This document shows positions 1-8,261 of a stretch of DNA of 64,000 nt, piece by piece; the first letter of the stretch is position 1; the number at the start of each line of letters is the position of its first letter. The notes below the pieces were generated by a model. The model searched no databases, was not told the origin of the DNA, and saw nothing but the letters and a program-made list of their open reading frames with translations. The position numbers and the translations under genes were made by a program. Source of the DNA: Bradymonadales bacterium (lineage in GTDB: Bacteria > Bdellovibrionota > UBA2394); contig REDG01000055.1 in the NCBI GenBank assembly GCA_007693605.1, forward strand, positions 14,353-78,352, read 5' to 3'.

Positions 1-420
1 TTGAGGATTTCGAGAAGTGATTTAAAGACTCTTGCAGGCGCCTTCGATCCAGGAGAGATCGAAGGACCGGAGCTTCTTTGGGTGCAAGTTTCGGGCTTGA
101 ACCCAACAAATAGAATGGAGGGCATCCGGATGGTCTTTTTCTTTAAGATTGCCCCGTTTCTCGCGGCGGGCGCACTCTATCCGTTTCTTATCACCCCTTC
201 TCCCTTACAGACAGGGGCTTTCATTGGGGCTGGCGCAGGTTTTTTGACTCACTTCGTTGTGGGGAGAGCATCCATTCACGACATCATGCATGACTATCCG
301 CAGTGGTTTCGTTTTAACACAGAGATTGCGATATTGAGGTTGAGCCAGATGGTGGCGGTTGGTGCCGCTGTAGGACTTGGTTGCGCGGCAAGCTTGCGTT
401 GGGTGGGTCTGATTCCATAG
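1..420 (+). CDS. hypothetical membrane protein, 5' end unresolved (open to window edge; internal ATG at 115)
   Basis: Open frame to TAG 418-420; Gly/Ala-rich hydrophobic segments (IAPFLAAGALYPFLI, GAFIGAGAGFLTHFVVG, VAVGAAVGLGCAASL); no family recognised. Confidence 0.3.
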   Translation: MRISRSDLKTLAGAFDPGEIEGPELLWVQVSGLNPTNRMEGIRMVFFFKIAPFLAAGALYPFLITPSPLQTGAFIGAGAGFLTHFVVGRASIHDIMHDYPQWFRFNTEIAILRLSQMVAVGAAVGLGCAASLRWVGLIP

Positions 421-485
421 AGGAACGCCCTTTGTTGGGGCATTGTTTCGGGCCTTCACATCAGAGCGCTAGCATGAAAGCTATC

Positions 486-854
486 CTAAGCCGCCTTTAA
501 ATCAAATTCGATTTGATCATAGTCGACAATAGGTTTTTTTATCTCTCTACCTTTCAGTTTCTTCCTTTGAATATGAAGGACTCCAATTTCTTCGAAGAAG
601 AGAATGATCTTATTGAGATTGGAGACATCCATTTCAATGAGTTTTCCCAATTCATAGATGGAATTAGGTTTGAAGTGAGCGATGCTTGAGAGAATAAAAA
701 TGTTTCGAGCGAACCGATCGAAGTCCTTCTTGTTATCAAAAGAAACCTCGTAGTGAGGGGTTTTTCTCTTCCTCGACTTGCCCGCTTTCAAGGCGGATTC
801 AAAGTCCTGAAGGACCTCTGTTGAAGACTTCAAGGATACAATTAGTTTTTTCAT
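486..854 (-). CDS. putative DNA-binding antitoxin (TumA / HVO_A0114-like winged-helix protein)
   Basis: 122 aa; HTH-like segment SIYELGKLIEMDVSNLNKIILFFEEIGVL; 4-bp overlap with the upstream small toxin-like ORF. Confidence 0.55.
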   Translation of the reverse strand: MKKLIVSLKSSTEVLQDFESALKAGKSRKRKTPHYEVSFDNKKDFDRFARNIFILSSIAHFKPNSIYELGKLIEMDVSNLNKIILFFEEIGVLHIQRKKLKGREIKKPIVDYDQIEFDLKAA

Positions 855-1141
855 AGCTTTACTCCCATATGCTCAAAGACAAGACGCTTAAAATCTTCAA
901 TGAGGCGATCCGGTCCTACAAACTCGTAGGAAACTTCCTTTGCCTCGATGTGAATATGCGGTCCCTTCGGATGATGATTATCCATCAGAACTTTTTTGTT
1001 TGTCTTGAGGTCATAGCAAATCAATCCATACTTCAATCCATCTGGGTAGCCCGCCGATCTGCCGACATCGTGGATCTTCAGTTCGACAACAAAACGCTTG
1101 TGAATCCTCGCCTTGTGCCAATAGATCAGAGTCGCTGCCAC
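851..1141 (-). CDS. putative TumE-family (DUF6516-like) toxin
   Basis: 96 aa; YPDGLKYGLICYD..MDNHHPKGPHIHI..YEF..LIEDF resembles the TumE signature as I recall it; translationally coupled to 486..854. Confidence 0.55.
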   Translation of the reverse strand: MAATLIYWHKARIHKRFVVELKIHDVGRSAGYPDGLKYGLICYDLKTNKKVLMDNHHPKGPHIHIEAKEVSYEFVGPDRLIEDFKRLVFEHMGVKL

Positions 1142-1434
1142 ATATTGGTTATATTATACCAATGTAGGCGAGTCAATGGAAGAGGCTGTGCAGAGTGCTG
1201 ACTCGGGGTTTACGGCCAGCGGGGGCGAGGCTGATTAAGCAATTGAAATTACTTATATTTTTTGGCTCGGGTTGCGCCTCTTTCCAGTCACATCGTCGAT
1301 AGCTCTGTTCATGTTTAGTCCCCTGGTGGTCCAACCGGTAAATTGCTTCCATGTTGTCCTGAGGCCAGTTTGGGACGACAAGGCGACAGCGAGGCTCCCA
1401 AGGAAGTTTACTTCACCGTGGCGGTCGAGGGCGT

Positions 1435-1989
1435 CTAAGAAGAGGCAAGTTCGTATGCAGGATAATGTTTGTCATCATTTTTAACTTCAATGGATCGTTG
1501 GTTTGCCTGCAGGCCGGTGTCTTGAACGAGCTGCCATGTGCTTTCACTCACGAGCACATGGCCCGGTCGACAAGCAGCCTCAAGTCTTTGTGTGAAGTTC
1601 ACCGTCGAACCCAATACCGTATAGTCGAAATGCAGCTCACTTCCCGCATTGCCTAAGAGGGCCTCACCAGAGTTGATCCCAATTCGAAGTTTAATCGACT
1701 TAAGGTTCTCGGAGTCTTCAAAACGAAGCTTCTGTTGAATCTGAAGAGCAGCCGTGACGGCCTGTAGTGCCGGAACTCTCTTTTCTGAAAGGGGATCTTG
1801 AGGGCCTTTCTCTTCTTCACTATCGCCAAAGAAGGCGATCAGTCCGTCCCCCAATTTCTTGTCAATCACCCCCTTGTTGTCAAAAATGAGCGGATCGACA
1901 ATTCGAAAGAGATCTTTAATGACTTCAAAGCTCCTTTCGGGACCAAGCGATTCTGAAATTTTTGAGAAGCCTGCAATGTCTAGAATCAA
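1435..1989 (-). CDS. class III adenylate/guanylate cyclase catalytic domain (upstream TM/linker part separated by in-frame TGA at 2035-2037, see findings)
   Basis: Motifs ILDIAGFS, KKLGDGLIAFFG, RIGINSGEALLGNAG, DYTVLGSTVNFTQRLE typical of class III cyclases; TTG start at 1989 truncates the first beta strand. Confidence 0.8.
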   Translation of the reverse strand: MILDIAGFSKISESLGPERSFEVIKDLFRIVDPLIFDNKGVIDKKLGDGLIAFFGDSEEEKGPQDPLSEKRVPALQAVTAALQIQQKLRFEDSENLKSIKLRIGINSGEALLGNAGSELHFDYTVLGSTVNFTQRLEAACRPGHVLVSESTWQLVQDTGLQANQRSIEVKNDDKHYPAYELASS

Positions 1990-2270
1990 AATACTTAGAA
2001 AGCGACGACGACCCTCAAGCTTTAAGCTTTCCTTTCATGAGAGAATGCGCTGCAAACGAGAGCTACTGACATAACCAGAGAAGGCTCGTTCTAAAACAGA
2101 CCTTTGCTTCGCATCCATCACCGTGCGCAAGCTGACCGCTGTTAAGATTAAGGCGGCTGCCGAAAAGAAAGTCCCCACAGGATAAGTTCGTTCAGCAGGA
2201 GAGTCGGCCTCAATCTAGCGCTGAGTGCGGGTTTGAGGGCTCTCTGAGAGAGGTTGGGAAACAAAGATCA

Positions 2271-2594
2271 ATGGGTTATAATGAGTCTGTGGTCGAGGTC
2301 TCTTCAAAAGTCCGACATCTTCGATATGAGCCCCTCAGGCGGCAACTGAGCGAGGTCTCTGATTGGCCTCACCGTTATCGACATAAGATCATTGGCCTCA
2401 ACAAAGAAGACTTTAAAACCTCAGTTGAGGACTTTAAAAGGCAGTTTCCCTCTCTCAAGCAGAAAGGCAGTAGTTTGAGCCGAAACGGAACCTATCTGTC
2501 GATGACCTTCGAGTTTGAAGCGGAAAATGTCGATGAAATCATCTCCCTCTGGGTGGCCTCCGAAGAAATCTCAGACTTTGTAAGGATTCTCTAA
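2271..2594 (+). CDS. small conserved protein, possibly DUF493/YbeD-like
   Basis: 107 aa; YRHKIIGLNKEDF..MTFEFEAENVDEIISLW resembles the ACT-like YbeD pattern; weak. Confidence 0.35.
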   Translation: MGYNESVVEVSSKVRHLRYEPLRRQLSEVSDWPHRYRHKIIGLNKEDFKTSVEDFKRQFPSLKQKGSSLSRNGTYLSMTFEFEAENVDEIISLWVASEEISDFVRIL

Positions 2595-2873
2595 GCTTTC
2601 ATTGATCTCTTCAGCAAGGGCGATGTCTTTTGGCCCGACACCCCCCAAGTCGTGGGTGGTCAGCCAAACTTTGACCTTCGAATACACATTGAACCACTCA
2701 GGATGGTGGTTTTGTTGTTCTGCCCAAAGCCCAATCCGAGACATCCAAGAAAAGGCCTGTTTAAAATCTTTAAAACTCAACTCGCGATAGAGCTTGCCTT
2801 CGTCTAGCTTCCAATCCGGATGGCGGCTCAGCCAGTCTTCAATCTCCGAGCCACTCAGCTTCTGATCCTTCAT
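2571..2873 (-). CDS. phhB: pterin-4-alpha-carbinolamine dehydratase
   Basis: LSFKDFKQAFSWMSRIGLWAEQQNHHPEWFNVYSKVKVWLTTHD is the classic PCD/DCoH signature; start moved to internal ATG (MKDQKLSGSEIEDWL), giving about 100 aa. Confidence 0.85.
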   Translation of the reverse strand: MKDQKLSGSEIEDWLSRHPDWKLDEGKLYRELSFKDFKQAFSWMSRIGLWAEQQNHHPEWFNVYSKVKVWLTTHDLGGVGPKDIALAEEINESLENPYKV

Positions 2874-2962
2874 GCCCCAAAGCCTAACGAAATGAAGGCC
2901 TATTTGCGAGCTTTTTGCTTGAGGCTCTTGATGGAGCTGGCTAGTGTCCCCCACAAGTCATC

Positions 2963-3694
2963 GTGATTCGGCCTTTGTTCATCTTTGTCATTTTGTCTCT
3001 TGCCTGGGGTGTTTTCCTTGAGGCCGCCTTTGCGAGAGAGCCGATTTCGTGTCCGCATCGGGGGAAATATCTGACTGAAGACGAACAGACCGTGGTGAGT
3101 TTGTTTACGAACCCGCCCACCAACCTGGAAGATAGACTTCAGGCTCTGATTGACTCTTATTCGTCGAACCCCAAAGCCTGGCCTGTGTTTTATGATTCGG
3201 TCATGGTCACGATCTATACCCATCAAGGGGTGAACGAGGCCTTTCTTAAAAATCGGGTTGAGTTCAGCCATCGGCTTCACAAAGTATTTGAAATGTTGAA
3301 CGGCAAAAATGATGAGCTTGAAGAAAGGCGTCGCAAGCGGAATACCAATCCTGCGATTTATCTGGGTGTTGGTGCTGGGGGTGCTTTAGCGGGAGCTTTC
3401 TTTTTTGGCCTGTACCATTTGAATCATAGGCGGTCAGGAGCGGATCAGCCCCCTCTCAGACGAACACTGGGACGGGGTGCTGCGTGGTCAGCCGGCGCGG
3501 GAGTTTGTGCTCTAGCAGTCACTGCTATTGGTCTTCATGCGACAAGCCCAGACTCTGTGGTTCCTCAAACTCCTGAGAGCGTCGAAGCCGCTCATAAAAA
3601 TTTTAGAGGAGGAGATGCTCCCTATCTTCCCCCGCACCTTGAAGCTTTGAGGCGGCCCGCAGGGACTGCTTCTGAACGCTTTCCTCGCCGTTGA
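2963..3694 (+). CDS. hypothetical secreted/membrane protein
   Basis: N-terminal signal-like MIRPLFIFVILSLAWGVFLEAAFA and two later hydrophobic segments; no family recognised; 3' end overlaps the convergent gene by about 90 nt. Confidence 0.4.
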   Translation: MIRPLFIFVILSLAWGVFLEAAFAREPISCPHRGKYLTEDEQTVVSLFTNPPTNLEDRLQALIDSYSSNPKAWPVFYDSVMVTIYTHQGVNEAFLKNRVEFSHRLHKVFEMLNGKNDELEERRRKRNTNPAIYLGVGAGGALAGAFFFGLYHLNHRRSGADQPPLRRTLGRGAAWSAGAGVCALAVTAIGLHATSPDSVVPQTPESVEAAHKNFRGGDAPYLPPHLEALRRPAGTASERFPRR

Positions 3695-4550
3695 AGCCCT
3701 GAATTCCTGCGTGGCAGAGTGCAAAATCGAATCGGATGGGATCCGTCGGATCTATCTTCTGAAGATTTTCTGTGATCTCGAAGACGCTCAGCAGGTCGGG
3801 AGTGCTTCGCGAGCAAATGCCTAATGATCGAGAGGCTCTGAAAATATGAACATCCAGAGGAATCAAAAGCTCTGAGCAAGAGACTGAATTCCACAGTCCC
3901 AAATCGAGCCCGTCACTTCGGACCACCCATCTCATGAACAGGTGAATTCGCTTTGCCGCTCCGCGAAGAATATCCGGAAGCATGAATCGAAGCCCCGGAC
4001 GGTCAGAGAGTGATGGAAGTCTTCTCTTAATCTCGGCCAGAAAGTCATCGAGTCGGTCGACATAAGCGGACTTTTGAGACATCAGAAAAACAGCCTCAAG
4101 GGACTCCTTATCTCTCAGAACTCCTTGGAGCGCTCGAAGCAAATCATAAAAATCTTCGGGGCGATAGAATCGATAGACTAGTCTTGCACTCAGCTCTTTT
4201 AAGTCAGCCCTTGAGGCGTTCATGAGCCGCTCACTCGGAGAAGCTTCAAGTCGAGAAAGAAAAGTCTCTAGAAAACCAAGAATGGCTCTCACATTACCAT
4301 AGGCGCAAAGGGCAGACAGAAAAGCCACAAGCTCTCGATCTTTGGGCTTTGGATATCGATGGGCAAAGCTGAGTGGATCTCCCTGAATGTTTTGAGGGCG
4401 ATGAAATCGTCGATACAAAAACTCAAGCTGCTCTCTAAGTTCTTTGCCGCTCAGCTTTCTTTGCAGCCCTCCAGAGCTCTTCCTTTTTCTGGCGGCTACA
4501 GTCTTCCCAAGTCTGATTTTCCTCTTCAAGGATTCTCTCCATTTCGTCAA
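3603..4550 (-). CDS. DUF2400 / TIGR02757-family protein
   Basis: DPLSFAHRYPKPKDRELVAFLSALCAYGNVRAIL and C-terminal FDFALCHAG resemble this family (from memory); start uncertain because ATG 4550 overlaps mazG by 116 nt. Confidence 0.65.
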   Translation of the reverse strand: MTKWRESLKRKIRLGKTVAARKRKSSGGLQRKLSGKELREQLEFLYRRFHRPQNIQGDPLSFAHRYPKPKDRELVAFLSALCAYGNVRAILGFLETFLSRLEASPSERLMNASRADLKELSARLVYRFYRPEDFYDLLRALQGVLRDKESLEAVFLMSQKSAYVDRLDDFLAEIKRRLPSLSDRPGLRFMLPDILRGAAKRIHLFMRWVVRSDGLDLGLWNSVSCSELLIPLDVHIFRASRSLGICSRSTPDLLSVFEITENLQKIDPTDPIRFDFALCHAGIQGFNGEESVQKQSLRAASKLQGAGEDREHLLL

Positions 4551-5268
4551 AGCGATTTAAAAATTTCTGACAGGCCTTCATGGCGGCAAGCTCTGGCTCT
4601 AAAGCTTCCTTTCTTGCCCACTGAGAAAGTGTGAACAAAAGATCCCCGAGTTCTTCTTCCTTTTCAGCCGGTTCGACGGCCATTTCAAGCTCTTTGACTT
4701 CTTCGAGAACTTTCAGAAAGATCTCTTCAGAATTCTCCCAGTCAAAGTCGTGTTTGCCGGCCGTTTTGCCAATCTCAAAAGCGAGCCGGAGTGAGGGGGC
4801 AGACTTTGGAACCTTCGAGAAGCGGGACGAGAGGCTCTGAGGCCCCGAGCCCTTTTCTTGGTCTTTAATTTTGTTCCAGCTATGAATCACTTCATCTGCA
4901 GTCAGTCTCTCTTTCGACTCAAAAACATGAGGGTGCCTTCGAATCAGCTTTTCCGAGAGGCCCTTTATGATTTCATCGATTATTGGGCGCCCATGAGTTT
5001 CACTCAAGATTTCAGCTTGAAAGACGACTTGTAAGAGGACATCCCCCAGCTCTTCGATCAAGGCTTGATCGCCGTCTTCTTTCCTGCGCTGGCTGGCATC
5101 AATGCACTCGTAAGTCTCTTCGACGAGGAATTTTTGCAGGCTGTCGAGGCTTTGCTCTCTGTCCCAAGGGCAGTCTTTTCTTAAGCGACTCATGATCTCT
5201 AAAAGCCTATTGAAGTTCTCACTCATCATCTGCTTCATATCGTTTTGCTGGCGCTTCGTCGTCAACAA
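4435..5268 (-). CDS. mazG: nucleoside triphosphate pyrophosphohydrolase MazG
   Basis: LLEIMSRLRKDCPWDREQSLDSLQKFLVEETYECIDA plus a second EExxE repeat (VLEEVKELEMA..EELGDLLF): tandem MazG domains. Confidence 0.85.
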   Translation of the reverse strand: MLTTKRQQNDMKQMMSENFNRLLEIMSRLRKDCPWDREQSLDSLQKFLVEETYECIDASQRRKEDGDQALIEELGDVLLQVVFQAEILSETHGRPIIDEIIKGLSEKLIRRHPHVFESKERLTADEVIHSWNKIKDQEKGSGPQSLSSRFSKVPKSAPSLRLAFEIGKTAGKHDFDWENSEEIFLKVLEEVKELEMAVEPAEKEEELGDLLFTLSQWARKEALEPELAAMKACQKFLNRFDEMERILEEENQTWEDCSRQKKEELWRAAKKAERQRT

Positions 5269-5371
5269 ATTGTCAATTTTGAGCGGGGGAGGGCGTCAAA
5301 TTGCCGTGTGGTGCCAAGTCTAAGTCACCAGCTTAAGGCCCTTTTTTTGCCGAGCTGTATTTGCCCAGTCT

Positions 5372-5387
5372 TGGCATCGAGATTGCT
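5372..5387 (+). promoter_or_regulatory. sigma54 (RpoN) -24/-12 promoter upstream of the TPR-HK-RR-flgB operon
   Basis: TGGCAT-cgaga-TTGCT; GG (5373-74) and GC (5385-86) separated by exactly 10 nt; the same TGGCAT-N5-TTGC form recurs at 41214 and 48915. Confidence 0.6.
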
Positions 5388-5401
5388 AGCTTCATAAACT
5401 G

Positions 5402-7591
5402 GTGATGATTCGGGTGATTCAATATTCGGCTGTCTTTTTTTGGATGCTCTGCCTTCACGGCCTTGCGTCTGCATTTGGGGCGCCGAAGATTCAAGATCTG
5501 CCGCTCTCTTTCTATTTGCCGAGCCCTCCGATTCAACTCGAACCCAGCTGGCTCGACCTTTCGACAATCCCCTCTCAGTTGAGAGCGGATCAAGAGTTTC
5601 CTGAAATCTCAAGAATTTTTGATTTAGTGAATGAGTCGGAGTTTCAGAGGGCTTATGTGGAAGCGAGTCGATATATCGATCGTCATCCGACCACACCCTT
5701 TCAAGAGTGGCTTTATTATTTTAAGGCAGATGTTCTTTATCGCATACAGCTGAAGAGCCCAAGGCCTCAGTTGAGTCTAGCTCTCGAGGACTATGAGATG
5801 GCGTCGAGGCTCTACCCCCGCAGTGAGTTTTTGCCGAGGGCGCTCTACCATATGGGCTTGATTCAGTTGGAATCAGGCCACCATGTCGAGGTGGAGCAGA
5901 TTGCTTCTAGAGCGCTCACAGACTTTCCAACTTCCGATTTGGTTCCAATGTTTTCAGTTCTGAGCGGAGAGCAGGCCTTTCGGGCAGGAGACTATGAAAA
6001 GGCCTTGCGGGAATTCTCACTCGTGATTCGCCGCTATCCCCGAAATGAAGCTGCTGCCGATTCGGCTTTTAGGCGAGCTTATCTTCTCTATCGATCGGGT
6101 AATTTTGAGGAGGCCCTCAAGACCTATCAGGACCTTGAGAGATATCATGGTGAAGCATTTCGATTTCTCAGAATGGAGGCTAACCCCAGTTCGCCGAAGA
6201 GGTTTCTTGATCGGATCTTCTTTGGGGAGACGCTCTTTTTAACGGAGCGCTATCAAGAAGCGTCTGATGTCTTTCAAAATCTTGGAAATCGATTTCCGAA
6301 TCATGAGTATGCCCCGCTCGTATGGATTCGATTTGGAGACTCTTACCTTGGGATGCAGCAATTCGTGGCCGCCCAGAGAATCTACGAAAGAACAGCGCAG
6401 GATGCCTCTGCTTTGGATCAATTTAGAGCTTTGGCTCGCATTCAGCAGGCGGGCCTTTTACAGAAAAGAAAGGTTCCGAGTTCAGGTGCGGCCGCAAGAG
6501 GTCTGTTAGATGAAGCCTTCTCGATCGCTCTTGACGCCAACGAGAGAGAGCTTGCCGCTTTGGCGCTCGCTCACCTGGTTGAAGTCAATTTGAGTTTGCC
6601 GAACTTCCCTCGCGCGAAGGCGATTCTTGAACAGCTTCGAGACGAGTTTCCAGAGCATCGCAATCTCGCTTGGCAGCGAGAGAGATTAATCTTTGTGCTT
6701 GAAACCGAGATTGTGGACTATCATCGAGCCGGCGACCTTCTGGCCGCTTTGACGGTTTACCTTGTGAATGAGAGTCGACTGTCAGGTCAGTTTCGCAATG
6801 TCGATACCTTGTTGAAGCTGGCAGATGCCGCCACCGACCTGCAACTTTTTGAGAAGGCGACAGATATTTTGAATCGGGTCATTTACATTGAGTCGAGCGA
6901 TCAAGCTCGTCAGAAAGCCTTTCTGAAATTAGTTCATGTTCTCGTTCATAAGGGAGACTTTCGGAGGGCGAGTGAAAGGCTGAGACGCTTCAATTTTGCC
7001 TATCCAACAACGCCCTTGCGCTATCTTTACGAGAAGCGGTGGGGAGATCTTTACAAGGGCCTTGGTAATTTTCAACGGGCGGTCTCTCACTACGAACGAG
7101 CGCTGAGTTCAGCCGAAAGAGACGGGCCCGCCCTTCATAGCATTCGACGGATTCATATGGAACTGGGGAGGCTTTATCAAGAGCTTGCTCTTCCCTTGAA
7201 AGCGGTAGCCTCTTACCAGCGATTTATTGGCATCTTTGCTGATCGAGAAAGGGTGAAGCTGAGTGGACTTGAGTTCACCGACGCAGATCGCCACCTGGTT
7301 CAGGTGGCTCACTATCGAGTGGCCGATCTTTACTTTGAAACAAGAGACTTCGTTCAAGCCTTAGGAGCGTATCGACAGGTTTTGATGAATGTTCAAGAGG
7401 AGCCATTTCGATCTCATGCGCAGTATCGAATCGGAGAGGCCTATTTGGCCTTGAATGATCGGAGAGCGGCCGTTGAAGCCTTCAGGGAGTTGAAGTCTGA
7501 AGATCCTCAGAATCTCTGGTTTCTCGCGGCACAGGCCTATATCGAAAGTGTGAACTTGGAGGTGGAAAATGAAATCCGAATCTTTCAATGA
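5402..7591 (+). CDS. TPR-repeat protein with signal peptide
   Basis: 729 aa; N-terminal hydrophobic leader, many 34-aa A/Y/L-patterned repeats (e.g. ALYHMGLIQLESGHH, AFRRAYLLYRSGNFEEALKTY, AQYRIGEAYLALNDRRAAVEAF); overlaps the kinase gene by 23 nt. Confidence 0.7.
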   Translation: MMIRVIQYSAVFFWMLCLHGLASAFGAPKIQDLPLSFYLPSPPIQLEPSWLDLSTIPSQLRADQEFPEISRIFDLVNESEFQRAYVEASRYIDRHPTTPFQEWLYYFKADVLYRIQLKSPRPQLSLALEDYEMASRLYPRSEFLPRALYHMGLIQLESGHHVEVEQIASRALTDFPTSDLVPMFSVLSGEQAFRAGDYEKALREFSLVIRRYPRNEAAADSAFRRAYLLYRSGNFEEALKTYQDLERYHGEAFRFLRMEANPSSPKRFLDRIFFGETLFLTERYQEASDVFQNLGNRFPNHEYAPLVWIRFGDSYLGMQQFVAAQRIYERTAQDASALDQFRALARIQQAGLLQKRKVPSSGAAARGLLDEAFSIALDANERELAALALAHLVEVNLSLPNFPRAKAILEQLRDEFPEHRNLAWQRERLIFVLETEIVDYHRAGDLLAALTVYLVNESRLSGQFRNVDTLLKLADAATDLQLFEKATDILNRVIYIESSDQARQKAFLKLVHVLVHKGDFRRASERLRRFNFAYPTTPLRYLYEKRWGDLYKGLGNFQRAVSHYERALSSAERDGPALHSIRRIHMELGRLYQELALPLKAVASYQRFIGIFADRERVKLSGLEFTDADRHLVQVAHYRVADLYFETRDFVQALGAYRQVLMNVQEEPFRSHAQYRIGEAYLALNDRRAAVEAFRELKSEDPQNLWFLAAQAYIESVNLEVENEIRIFQ

Positions 7592-8261
7592 GAACGATCA
7601 AGGCTTCGGGTTTCAGGTTCTAGCGTCGACCCTTGCGCACGAACTCAGAAATCCCTTGCAGAGCATTCGACTTCAAATCGATGCCTCTGAGCGAGGGCAT
7701 TATCACCCCGATTTTCTTCAAAACCTCAAGTCAGACCTTAGCCGCCTAGAGAGAGTCATTCAAAAACTACAGAGCTTTTCTCAGCCGCCTCAGTTACAGA
7801 GAGAGGAGCTGGCGCTTGGCAACTTGATTGACCAGAGTTTTGCGAGCTTGGGCTATTGGCTAACTGCGAATCAAATTCGGATTCATGACGATCTGGGAGA
7901 CATTCGCGATGAGATCTTAGAGGTGGACGGGCAACTCATGGAGCAGGTCTTCCTAAATCTCATTATGAATTCTATACAGGCGATGCCCAACGGAGGAGAC
8001 ATTCATCTTCGGGCCAGAAAAAATGAAGACAATTTAGAAATTGATTTGTCGGACACGGGTCCGGGTCTTAGCCCAGATCAACTGGACAAGATCGGCACCC
8101 CCTTCTTCACGACAAAGTCAAAGGGTTCAGGTTTGGGCATTGCCTTTTGTCGTTCTGTTATTGCTAGGCACGGCGGCTTCTTGAGTCACGCGAACTCAGA
8201 AACTGGCGGATGTCGAGTCAGACTGTCTATGCCATTAAAAACTGCGGGGAGAAAGACATGA
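7569..8261 (+). CDS. cytoplasmic histidine kinase without sensor domain (FlgS/FleS-like)
   Basis: H-box LAHELRNPLQSI about 20 aa from the N-terminus; N-box FLNLIMNSIQAM; G-boxes DTGPGL and GSGLGIAF; no TM segment. Confidence 0.85.
   Translation: MKSESFNENDQGFGFQVLASTLAHELRNPLQSIRLQIDASERGHYHPDFLQNLKSDLSRLERVIQKLQSFSQPPQLQREELALGNLIDQSFASLGYWLTANQIRIHDDLGDIRDEILEVDGQLMEQVFLNLIMNSIQAMPNGGDIHLRARKNEDNLEIDLSDTGPGLSPDQLDKIGTPFFTTKSKGSGLGIAFCRSVIARHGGFLSHANSETGGCRVRLSMPLKTAGRKT

Noticed and set aside
2035-2037. TGA in the cyclase gene as evidence of genome-wide TGA reassignment or selenocysteine
   Set aside because: Many well-supported genes in the window terminate with TGA, including numerous ATGA-coupled junctions. 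No SECIS-like hairpin is obvious downstream, and the context is not a redox motif.
4435-4550. 116-nt same-strand overlap between mazG and the DUF2400-like gene as a programmed feature
   Set aside because: It most likely reflects the ORF caller choosing the most upstream ATG. The conserved part of the DUF2400-like protein starts well downstream, although I could not identify a convincing alternative start codon.
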